The notes under the pieces were generated by a model. The model had not been told where the DNA came from and did not search any database. It was given only the letters and a program-made list of their open reading frames with translations. Both the position numbers and the translations under genes were made by a program. From an uncultured Phycisphaerales bacterium (GTDB lineage: Bacteria; Planctomycetota; Phycisphaerae; Phycisphaerales; UBA1924), in assembly GCA_965371965.1 (NCBI GenBank), contig CBDVAM010000002.1:1617-65616 (forward strand): DNA of 64,000 nt. The letters are read 5' to 3'. This document shows, one piece after another, positions 37,281-44,469 of the stretch (positions are counted from its first letter, which is position 1; every line of letters begins with the position of its first letter).

Positions 37281-37739
37281 ATGTTGAAGCGTCACGGATT
37301 TGGTGTGAGTGGGGCAATCGGCGCGGTTATCGCGCTTGGCGTCACCGGGGTCGTCGGCTACTCGATGGTCTCGGGTCAGTGCCTCCTGGGCGGATGCGAC
37401 GCCGGCAAGGCGAGCTCGGCGGCGGCATTGGCGACGGCGACGGTCGTCAGCGCCGACGAGAGCTCCACCTGCTCCACGGGCGGGGGCGAACTGGCAGACA
37501 GCGGGTTGATCCTCGCCAGTGATGCCACCACAGACGAGGGCTTCGTGGCCTGCGAGGGCGGCCCGGAGAACGCCATTGCGTGCGAGTCGTCTTGCCAGAG
37601 CGACGTGCCGGCCACCATCGACGGCGGGGAATCGAATCTCACCGTGGTCCACGCGGAGACCGAGGGCGAGTGCTCGGCGGCGGGCGCGTGCTCCGAGGCA
37701 TCCAAGAGTGCGTGCCAGAACGAGAAGCCCCTCGAATAG
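37281..37739 (+). CDS. small membrane-anchored Cys-rich protein (152 aa, 11 Cys)
   Basis: AGGAG lies 6 nt upstream of the ATG at 37281. TM helix GAIGAVIALGVTGVVGYSMV. Cys-rich, acidic ectodomain. Confidence 0.55.
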   Translation: MLKRHGFGVSGAIGAVIALGVTGVVGYSMVSGQCLLGGCDAGKASSAAALATATVVSADESSTCSTGGGELADSGLILASDATTDEGFVACEGGPENAIACESSCQSDVPATIDGGESNLTVVHAETEGECSAAGACSEASKSACQNEKPLE

Positions 37740-37848
37740 GGCTGGTTGACCGACGGACAAGTTCGAGCAGCAAGAGCCCCCCACTTCGGGGGGTTCTTCT
37801 ATAGGACAAGCGGTGAGGCTCAATGCACCGGCGACTTACACTGGCGTG

Positions 37849-38277
37849 ATGGCAACATTTCTCTTCAAGACAGAGCCGGGCGATTACTCCTGGGACGACC
37901 TCGTGCGCGACAAACGCACCGAATGGGACGGAATCACCAACCCCGCGGCGCTGAAGCACCTGCGGGCGGCGCGCAAGGGCGATGAGGCGTTCATCTATCA
38001 CACCGGCGATGAGCGACGCATCGTGGGCCTGGCGAGCATCGTCAAGGGCCCCTACCCAGACCCCGCACGCCCGGAGAACACCAAGGCCGGGGACACCAAG
38101 TTTCCGCTCGTGGATATAAAGGCGTTGCGGGCGGTGCAGACGCCGGTGACGTTGGGCGAGATCAAGGCTGATGCGCGGTTCGAGGGGTTTGTGTTGTTGC
38201 GGGAGTCGAGGCTGAGTGTGGTGCCGGTGCCTGCGGAGATGGATAAGGCGATACGGAAGATGGCGGGGCTTTCCTAA
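37849..38277 (+). CDS. EVE (PUA-like, DUF55) domain protein
   Basis: MATFLFKTEPGDYSWDDL...WDGITNPAALKHLRAARKGDEAFIYHTG...IVGLASIVK is a typical EVE domain. Confidence 0.85.
   Translation: MATFLFKTEPGDYSWDDLVRDKRTEWDGITNPAALKHLRAARKGDEAFIYHTGDERRIVGLASIVKGPYPDPARPENTKAGDTKFPLVDIKALRAVQTPVTLGEIKADARFEGFVLLRESRLSVVPVPAEMDKAIRKMAGLS
38081..38277 (+). repeat. direct repeat, left copy (3' ~200 bp of the EVE gene)
   Basis: Roughly 90% identical by eye to 42585..42784, e.g. GACACCAAGTTTCCGCT.GTGGATAT.AAGGCGTTGCGGGC.GTGCAGACGCCGGTGACG. Confidence 0.85.
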
Positions 38278-38297
38278 GCTGGCCCGCACGGCAGGGG

Positions 38298-38326
38298 TTG
38301 CACCCAGTCGGCAAAGTGTGTATATT
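38298..38326 (+). promoter_or_regulatory. sigma70-like promoter TTGCAC-N17-TATATT
   Basis: -35 TTGCAC (38298-38303) and -10 TATATT (38321-38326) with a 17-nt spacer. About 35 nt upstream of the SD/ATG at 38348/38361. Confidence 0.5.
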
Positions 38327-38399
38327 CGGACTTGGCCACAACGGCCAAAGGAGATCTCCGATGGAACGGATTGAACGATTGAACGATGGAGCAGTTCGA

Positions 38400-38415
38400 G
38401 GGGGGGGGGGGGGGG
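38400..38415 (+). repeat. G16 homopolymer inside the 5' end of a coding region
   Basis: 16 consecutive G counted (38400-38415). Lies between the SD-preceded ATG 38361 and the long ORF beginning at 38432. Confidence 0.9.
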
Positions 38416-38431
38416 TAAAACCCTGGTTCTC

Positions 38432-39742
38432 GTGAGCCTTGCCCTGCTGACGGCGACGCTTGCCACAGGCGCGGCGAGCGCGCAGGAAATCGTCCCAACC
38501 TTCCAAGATCCTGTGGTCTTTGACACGGGTAGCTACCCCTACGGGCTGGCGGCGGCGGACCTGATCGGCGACGACGGGCTGCCGGAGATCGTGGTCGCAA
38601 ACGGCGCTTACAACGCGTTCGATTGTATCGAAGACGGGACGACCGGCACGATCTCGGTCTTTCGCAACACCGGAAACTGGGATCCCGGCCCCGGTGCCGG
38701 ACTCGTGCTCGAACAAACGATCGACATCTGCGACGACTGTGTGCCGGCGGAGATCGTCGTCGCCGACATCGACATGATGGATGGACCCGATCTGGTCATC
38801 AGCGCCGCGGGCGTGAACGACCCGGGCATTTATGTCTGCTACAACGATGGCACGGGGAACTTCGCTCGGATCGAGTACTTCGAGACGCCGCTGCCCGTGC
38901 GCGGGCTTGTCGCTCGCGACGTTGATAACGACGGCTGGATCGATGTCGCAGCGGGCGTCGACTACTGCGACCGGGTTCTCGACACCGACAAGGTGTACTT
39001 CCTGTTCAACGATGCCACCGGCTCCGGCTTATTCGAGCCTGAGATTCTCGAGGTGGACCTCGGCACGGATGAGCGCCTGCCGGGGTGCGACATCGTGGCG
39101 GCGGACTTCTTCCGGCTCGCGCTGGGCCCGCCGATCGTAGACGTCGTCAGCGCCAACATGTGGGACGACTCGTTCACAGAGATCCGCAATCTCGGTAATC
39201 GCCAGTTGAATCCGCACACGACCGAGAGCGGCGGCTGTGGAGACGTGAGTTGGGAGTTCGAGACGATCACTGCAGGGCGGTTCGACAGCAACTCCTTCGA
39301 CGATTTCGCCGTCACCGAGTTTAGGGCCGACTTCGTGGACATCTTCCTCGGCAACGGGGCGGGCGGCTACACGTCCTACTGCGACAACCCCGACCTGCGG
39401 ATGGCGACAGGCGGGACCTTCTGCTGGGGCGTGGAAAACGGACACCTCAACGGACCGGCGAACAAGACCGACCTCGCCGCGGCGCTCGTTCTCAGCAACC
39501 AGGTCTCGGTCATGCTGGGCAGGGGCGACGGCACGTTTCAGACGTTCGAGGACGACGACAGCCAACTGGTGAGCGTCGAGCCCCCGGGCGGCCCTCTCTT
39601 TGAAGCCGATGGCACCATCATGGTCATCGTGGCAGACATGGACCAGGACGGCTTCGGCGACATCGTGACGACCAATCACTTCTCCGACAACATCAGTGTC
39701 CTGATCAACGAGCTCAAGATCGTGCCGGGCCAGGGATCCTGA
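38432..39742 (+). CDS. secreted FG-GAP/VCBS-type propeller protein (no dockerin module); 5' end apparently frameshifted at the G16 tract
   Basis: FG-GAP-like blades (AAADLIGDDGLPEIVVANG, VVADIDMMDGPDLVISAAG, VARDVDNDGWIDVAAG, IVADMDQDGFGDIVTTN). The ORF as sequenced opens at a GTG with no SD. ATG 38361 has a perfect AAGGAG 7 nt upstream but is in another frame (see findings). Confidence 0.75.
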   Translation: MSLALLTATLATGAASAQEIVPTFQDPVVFDTGSYPYGLAAADLIGDDGLPEIVVANGAYNAFDCIEDGTTGTISVFRNTGNWDPGPGAGLVLEQTIDICDDCVPAEIVVADIDMMDGPDLVISAAGVNDPGIYVCYNDGTGNFARIEYFETPLPVRGLVARDVDNDGWIDVAAGVDYCDRVLDTDKVYFLFNDATGSGLFEPEILEVDLGTDERLPGCDIVAADFFRLALGPPIVDVVSANMWDDSFTEIRNLGNRQLNPHTTESGGCGDVSWEFETITAGRFDSNSFDDFAVTEFRADFVDIFLGNGAGGYTSYCDNPDLRMATGGTFCWGVENGHLNGPANKTDLAAALVLSNQVSVMLGRGDGTFQTFEDDDSQLVSVEPPGGPLFEADGTIMVIVADMDQDGFGDIVTTNHFSDNISVLINELKIVPGQGS

Positions 39743-39759
39743 CCGATGGGAGTGCAGCG

Positions 39760-41034
39760 ATGATCCGGCGATGCGGAAACAGATGCAGGGGCACGCTGCG
39801 CATCAGGTTGCTTGTGCTGGCGGTGGGCGTTCTCGCGATCGCGGGATCGCCCGCCCCGGCGCAGGACGATGAGCCCCACTTCATCAGGCTCGGGCATTTC
39901 CCCGACGGGCTCTCTGCCAGTGGCGCGAACGATATCTCGCCGGAGGGCTCGGTCGTCGTCGGCTCCGCCCCGCATGCCGGCTTTGGCGACTTCGAGGCCT
40001 TCCGGTGGACCGAGCAAACGGGATTGGTCGGCCTGGGCAGGCTGGTTGCATGGGGCATCTCAAAGGCGCGGGCGACATCGTCGGACGGCGAGGTCGTCGT
40101 CGGGTGGTCGCACTCCGCGCAGGGTCCCGAGGCATTCCGCTGGACCGAGCAGACGGGCATGGTCGGGCTCGGGGACCTGCCCGGCGGGAAGTTCAACTCC
40201 ATGGCGTTCGGCGTCTCGTGGGACGGACGGGTCATCGTCGGGCACGGACGTTCGCCAGACCTCGAGGCCTACAGGTGGACGCCCGAGGAAGGCATGGTTG
40301 GACTTGGGGACCTGCCCGGCGGGAGCGTTTGGAGCGCGGCGATCGCCGTTTCTGCCGACGGCTCGGTCATCGCCGGGCACAGCAGTTCCGCCAACGGCCG
40401 CGAAGCGTTCCGCTGGACGCCCGAGGAAGGCATGGTTGCCCTGGACCAATCCGATGACTGGTCAAGTACGGCCGTATACGGCATTTCAGCGGATGGTCGA
40501 ACCGTGGTCGGGTTTGGGTTTTTTCGCGGCGAACGTTCAGAGGCGTTCCGCTGGACGCGGGCAACGGGCTTTGAGGGGCTCGGCGACCTGCCCGGCGGGC
40601 GGTTCCAGAGCACCGCAAGGGCCACCAACGCCAACGGCTCGATCGTCGTCGGCGAGAGCATCACCGAGACCGGCAACCAGCCGTTCATTTGGACCAAACG
40701 CCACGGCCTGCGCAACCTACGCGACCTGATCGTCGACGGACTCGGTCTGGATGTCGAAGACATGGAACTCAAGTACGCCAGCGCCGTCTCCGCCGACGGG
40801 CGATGGATCACCGGCGGCGCCTGGACCGACGACGGCTCGGAGGGATGGGTGGTGTATCTGGGCCCGGGCTGCCCCGCCGACTTCGACGGAGACGCCGACA
40901 CCGACGCGGAGGACTTCTTCCTCTACCTCGATCTCTTCGCCGCGGGCGACATGCGCGCCGACATCGACGACGACGGCGACATCGACCAGGACGACTTCTT
41001 CGGGTACCTGGATCTGTTCAGCGCGGGCTGTTAG
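39760..41034 (+). CDS. secreted HAF-family extracellular repeat protein with Gly-Cys double-dockerin module (member F)
   Basis: Six to seven ~45-aa repeats (EAFRWTxxxGMVGLGDLPGGxxxSxAxxVSADGSVIxG), matching the HAF repeat pattern as I recall it. C-terminus GCPADFDGDADTDAEDFFLYLDLFAAGDMRADIDDDGDIDQDDFFGYLDLFSAGC*. Confidence 0.8.
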   Translation: MIRRCGNRCRGTLRIRLLVLAVGVLAIAGSPAPAQDDEPHFIRLGHFPDGLSASGANDISPEGSVVVGSAPHAGFGDFEAFRWTEQTGLVGLGRLVAWGISKARATSSDGEVVVGWSHSAQGPEAFRWTEQTGMVGLGDLPGGKFNSMAFGVSWDGRVIVGHGRSPDLEAYRWTPEEGMVGLGDLPGGSVWSAAIAVSADGSVIAGHSSSANGREAFRWTPEEGMVALDQSDDWSSTAVYGISADGRTVVGFGFFRGERSEAFRWTRATGFEGLGDLPGGRFQSTARATNANGSIVVGESITETGNQPFIWTKRHGLRNLRDLIVDGLGLDVEDMELKYASAVSADGRWITGGAWTDDGSEGWVVYLGPGCPADFDGDADTDAEDFFLYLDLFAAGDMRADIDDDGDIDQDDFFGYLDLFSAGC

Positions 41035-41083
41035 CGAAGCGGTGGGCGGGCGGAGACGGCCCTGACCAAAAGGAGGCGGCGAC

Positions 41084-42556
41084 ATGTTTCAGCGTGGAAG
41101 CCAGCGAAGAACGAGGCGAAGAATCTCGCGGAGCGGGATCGGAGCGCCGTGCATGGGTCCGACGCGGAGCATCTGCGTGTCCGTTGCGGTGGCCGCCCTC
41201 GTGGCGGCGGGCGCGCAGGCACAGCAGCTCGCAAAGTTCACACCGGAGGACGGCGTGAGATGGGGAGACTTTGGCAGCAGCGTCTCGATCAGCGGGTTCA
41301 CGGTGGTCGTTGGGTCTCGGAACGGGCGTGCAGCGGGGCTTGCCAGCGGTTTCGCGTCCGTGTACCGAGCATTGGGCGGAGACTGGCGGCAGATCGCCCT
41401 GATCACCGCTGACGACGCCGCACGCGGCGATGAGTTCGGCTTCAGCGTCTCGATCAGCGGGGACACCATGATCGCCGGGTCGATTCATGACAACGAGCAA
41501 GGAGACGGGAACCGCCACACAGGCCGTGGAGCGGCGTACATCTTCCGCGAGATCGATGGGCTGTGGCGGCAGGTCGCCAAGCTCAGCGCCGATGACGGCG
41601 AGGCCCGCGACAGTTTCGGCACCAGCGTCTCGATCAGTGGTGATACGGCCGTCGTTGGAGCCCCTTTCGACAGCGATGCGGGCAGGTTGAGCGGCTCAGC
41701 GTACGTCTTTCGGGAGGAGGATGGGCTGTGGCGGCAGGTCGCCAAACTCACCGCCGACGACGCCGAGGCCGGCGATTGGTTCGGTACCAGCGTCTCGATC
41801 AGCGGGGACACGGTGGTCGTCGGGGCTCACAGAGACAACGGCGCGGGCGGGAACAGCGGCTCGGCGTATGTCTTCCGCGAGGTAGATGGACTGTGGGGGC
41901 AGATCGCCAAACTCACCGCCGACGACGCCGAGGCATCGGACCATTTCGGCATCAGCGTCTCGATCGGCGGTGATACGGCGGTGGTCGGGATTCGCAGAGA
42001 TCAGCAGGGGGATCCCGACAGCGGATCGGCGTATGTCTTCCGCGAGGTTGACGGGGTGTGGCGACAAATCGACCAGCTTCGGCCCGACGATGGGATGCCT
42101 CACGACCACTTTGGCACCAGCGTGTCGATCGATAGAAACGCCATTGTCGTCGGTGCCTCGGGAAGCGATGGCGCGGGCCTGAACAGCGGCTCGGCGTATT
42201 TGTTCCGCGAGTTCGATGGCGTGTGGGAGCAGGTTGAGAGAGTCTTCCCGCAGGACGGCCAGTCCTCCGATTTGTTCGGCGAGAGTATCGCGATCAGCGG
42301 TGATGTGGCTGCGATCGGAGCTAGTGGTGACGACGATGAGGGTCCGCTCACGGGTTCGGCATACGTCTTCTGGGTCGGGTCGAGCTGCCCGGCCGATTTG
42401 GATGGAGACGCCGACGCCGATGCCGACGACTTTTTCGCCTACCTCGACGCCTTCGTCGCCGGCAACCTCGACGTCTGCGACATCGACAATGACGGCGACT
42501 GCGACGCCGAGGACTTCTTGGGCTTTCTGAACCTGTTTGCTTCGGGGTGTCCGTGA
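41084..42556 (+). CDS. secreted FG-GAP repeat protein (8 blades) with Gly-Cys-Pro double-dockerin module (member G)
   Basis: AAAGGAGG lies 7 nt upstream of the ATG at 41084. Repeats DxFGxSVSISGDTxVVGA...GSAYVFRExDGxWxQ. C-terminus SCPADLDGDADADADDFFAYLDAFVAGNLDVCDIDNDGDCDAEDFLGFLNLFASGCP*. Confidence 0.85.
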   Translation: MFQRGSQRRTRRRISRSGIGAPCMGPTRSICVSVAVAALVAAGAQAQQLAKFTPEDGVRWGDFGSSVSISGFTVVVGSRNGRAAGLASGFASVYRALGGDWRQIALITADDAARGDEFGFSVSISGDTMIAGSIHDNEQGDGNRHTGRGAAYIFREIDGLWRQVAKLSADDGEARDSFGTSVSISGDTAVVGAPFDSDAGRLSGSAYVFREEDGLWRQVAKLTADDAEAGDWFGTSVSISGDTVVVGAHRDNGAGGNSGSAYVFREVDGLWGQIAKLTADDAEASDHFGISVSIGGDTAVVGIRRDQQGDPDSGSAYVFREVDGVWRQIDQLRPDDGMPHDHFGTSVSIDRNAIVVGASGSDGAGLNSGSAYLFREFDGVWEQVERVFPQDGQSSDLFGESIAISGDVAAIGASGDDDEGPLTGSAYVFWVGSSCPADLDGDADADADDFFAYLDAFVAGNLDVCDIDNDGDCDAEDFLGFLNLFASGCP

Positions 42557-42580
42557 ACTTATCCGCCCCTGCGCCCCGAG

Positions 42581-42784
42581 TTGCCCAAGGCGGGCGACAC
42601 CAAGTTTCCGCTGGTGGATATCAAGGCGTTGCGGGCCGTGCAGACGCCGGTGACGCTAGCGGAGATCAAGGCAGATGCGCGGTTCGAGGGGTTTGTGTTG
42701 TTGCGGGAGGCGAGGCTGAGCGTGGTGCCGGTGGCGGGGGAGATGGATCGGGTGCTGCGGCGGAGGCGGGGTTGTAGCGGCTAG
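42581..42784 (+). pseudogene. displaced 3' fragment of an EVE-domain gene (right direct repeat 42585..42784)
   Basis: Encodes ...KAGDTKFPLVDIKALRAVQTPVTLAEIKADARFEGFVLLREARLSVVPVAGEMD..., which is near-identical to residues ~80-140 of the intact EVE protein at 37849..38277. It has no N-terminal half. Confidence 0.8.
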
Positions 42785-42791
42785 CCCGGGA

Positions 42792-43541
42792 CTACTCATC
42801 CTCTGATGGCTCTGCAATGGCATCGCCTACACGGACGAACTGGCCCCCCTCTTCGCTCTCCCAGAGCCGATCGTCGTCGGCGTATCGCCCGAAGAACTGG
42901 ATGAGCCGGTCGATCGAGCTGGTATATGAAAAACCGAGACTGTCTGATCCCTTGGCTTGCTCATACAGCTCCAGCAACTCGTCGAGATCGATCGGGTTCG
43001 GGTCAACCTCGCGCGGGGCATCAAGCGATCGGAGCTGCGGCATCCAGAAGATCGGCACTGCGGGTTGTGTGAGCGTGACGCGGTCGGCGTCACGCTCGAG
43101 CTTCACGACCATGTGAACGGGCAGCGCGAGTCCGGCCTTGGCGAGTTGCGAGAGCGTGGGCTGAAGAGACAGGAATCGGGCCCCCCCGGCCTTGAAGACG
43201 TAGGCGTTGAAAATGATCGGGCCGCGGAACTCCTCGTCATCGATGGGAATGGCGACGGTGTAGACATCGACAAGCTCGTCGTCGGAGGGTTTGGTGGCGA
43301 AAAAGCCCTTCCCCTCGACGTCCCGGATTGGATCGACTCGATCGCCCTCGAAGGCCATCTTCCGCCTGGAAACAACGATTCCCGCTTGTTTCGCCTGATC
43401 CACCTCGCGCCACTCGCCGAGCAATCCTTCGTCCCAGACGAGCGAGGCTGTGGGATAGGCCGGATCGAGCGTCGTCTCGGTGCATGCCGAGAGACCACAT
43501 CCGACGGCGACCGCCACGAGTGCGAGTATGAGCCTGGTCAT
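42792..43541 (-). CDS. lipoprotein, function unknown
   Basis: MTRLILALVAVAVGCGLSAC lipobox. 249-aa ORF with no recognised domain. Confidence 0.65.
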   Translation of the reverse strand: MTRLILALVAVAVGCGLSACTETTLDPAYPTASLVWDEGLLGEWREVDQAKQAGIVVSRRKMAFEGDRVDPIRDVEGKGFFATKPSDDELVDVYTVAIPIDDEEFRGPIIFNAYVFKAGGARFLSLQPTLSQLAKAGLALPVHMVVKLERDADRVTLTQPAVPIFWMPQLRSLDAPREVDPNPIDLDELLELYEQAKGSDSLGFSYTSSIDRLIQFFGRYADDDRLWESEEGGQFVRVGDAIAEPSEDE

Positions 43542-43600
43542 CCGGTGCTCCTTGAGATTGCACGCCGATCAGGTCTTTAGGGTCTTCGGCCCCGTTTCGT

Positions 43601-44152
43601 TCAACCCGCCCTCTCGATCGCCGCGGATCGGAGATAGTCTGACAGGCCCCGGAAGCCGTCGCGTCTGGCGGCTTCTTCGAGTCGGAGCTTCTCCTCGGCG
43701 GTGAGGCGGATGTTGACCTGCTGGTCGCGCTTGCCCTCGCGCGCGGCACTCGGTGGCGTATCGCCCATTTCAAGGATTGTGGCGACCGCGGCGGTTGTTG
43801 CTTCGAGCACGTTCTTTGCGCAGGCACTGATCGTCTTGCCGCCACCCATGACCAGCGGAAGCTCGACGGTGCTGCCGAAGTAGCCTTCGTCCTGGTCTTC
43901 TTCTATGACGAGGCGGTATGCCTTGGCGATCCTCTCAGCTCGCCGCAGGATGTCTTTATCGAACGGGCGGCTGAGGTGTTTGCGCTCGGCGGCGGTCAGG
44001 CCGTCAGCGGAGCGGGATGGCGAGGCGCTTTTCGAGGCGGCGGATGTACCCCGGCCCGACCCGCCCTTTGTGGACCGGGACCGAGATGTGGTCTTCGCCT
44101 TCTTTGACGAAGATGTGGTGCGATCCCGAGATTCTGTCGAGCGTCCAGCCAT
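43601..44152 (-). CDS. hicB: HicB-family antitoxin with C-terminal RHH (CopG-like) domain; true start uncertain
   Basis: YRLVIEEDQDEGYFGSTVELPLVMGGGKTISACAKNVLEATTAAVATILEMGDTPP (HicB fold) plus QVNIRLTAEEKLRLEEAARRDGFRGLSDYLR (RHH). The only ATG (44152) overlaps hicA by 149 nt, and the overlapping part is low-complexity S/T/R/K. The real start is probably near 43999. Confidence 0.7.
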   Translation of the reverse strand: MAGRSTESRDRTTSSSKKAKTTSRSRSTKGGSGRGTSAASKSASPSRSADGLTAAERKHLSRPFDKDILRRAERIAKAYRLVIEEDQDEGYFGSTVELPLVMGGGKTISACAKNVLEATTAAVATILEMGDTPPSAAREGKRDQQVNIRLTAEEKLRLEEAARRDGFRGLSDYLRSAAIERAG

Positions 44153-44201
44153 GTTCCTCTAGTCGGCGCTTTAGCGCGGCAAATCGAACCTCTGACGGCA
44201 T
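44004..44201 (-). CDS. hicA: HicA-family mRNA interferase toxin
   Basis: MPSEVRFAALKRRLEEHGWTLDRISGSHHIFVKEGEDHISVPVHKGRVGPGYIRRLEKRL (65 aa). GGAG lies 7 nt upstream of the ATG at 44201. Confidence 0.8.
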   Translation of the reverse strand: MPSEVRFAALKRRLEEHGWTLDRISGSHHIFVKEGEDHISVPVHKGRVGPGYIRRLEKRLAIPLR

Positions 44202-44469
44202 TGTGCAGCTCCAGAAGTGAAACTGGATTCCAGCGATGGCGTCTGCGCGGCACGACCGCGACATCGCCATATCTGGCAAACCGAATCACCTCAGGAGCGT
44301 GCTGCCCGGCGCGAATGGCTTATGGATCGCCAGCAAGCCCTGAGAACATATGTGCCTAACACTCGTGCGCTACCGATGACCAGCCGGGTCGACCGTATCG
44401 GTGGAAACTACTGTTACTGTCTCGGAGCCAGTATAGCAAAGCGTATACGAAAAATCAAGTCCAATTCGA

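Larger units (their letters stand above)
38278..42584. mobile_element. 4.3-kb three-gene cassette inserted at the EVE gene 3' end, bounded by direct repeats; no recombinase inside
   Basis: An intact EVE gene sits on the left and a displaced 64-codon EVE 3' fragment on the right. The content is three secreted repeat proteins, two of them carrying the Gly-Cys dockerin module. Confidence 0.5.

Noticed and set aside
37281-37739. Cys-rich small protein as a PEP-CTERM or other sorting-signal cargo
   Set aside because: The C-terminus (...CQNEKPLE) has no P-E-P motif, TM helix or basic tail. It is N-terminally anchored instead.
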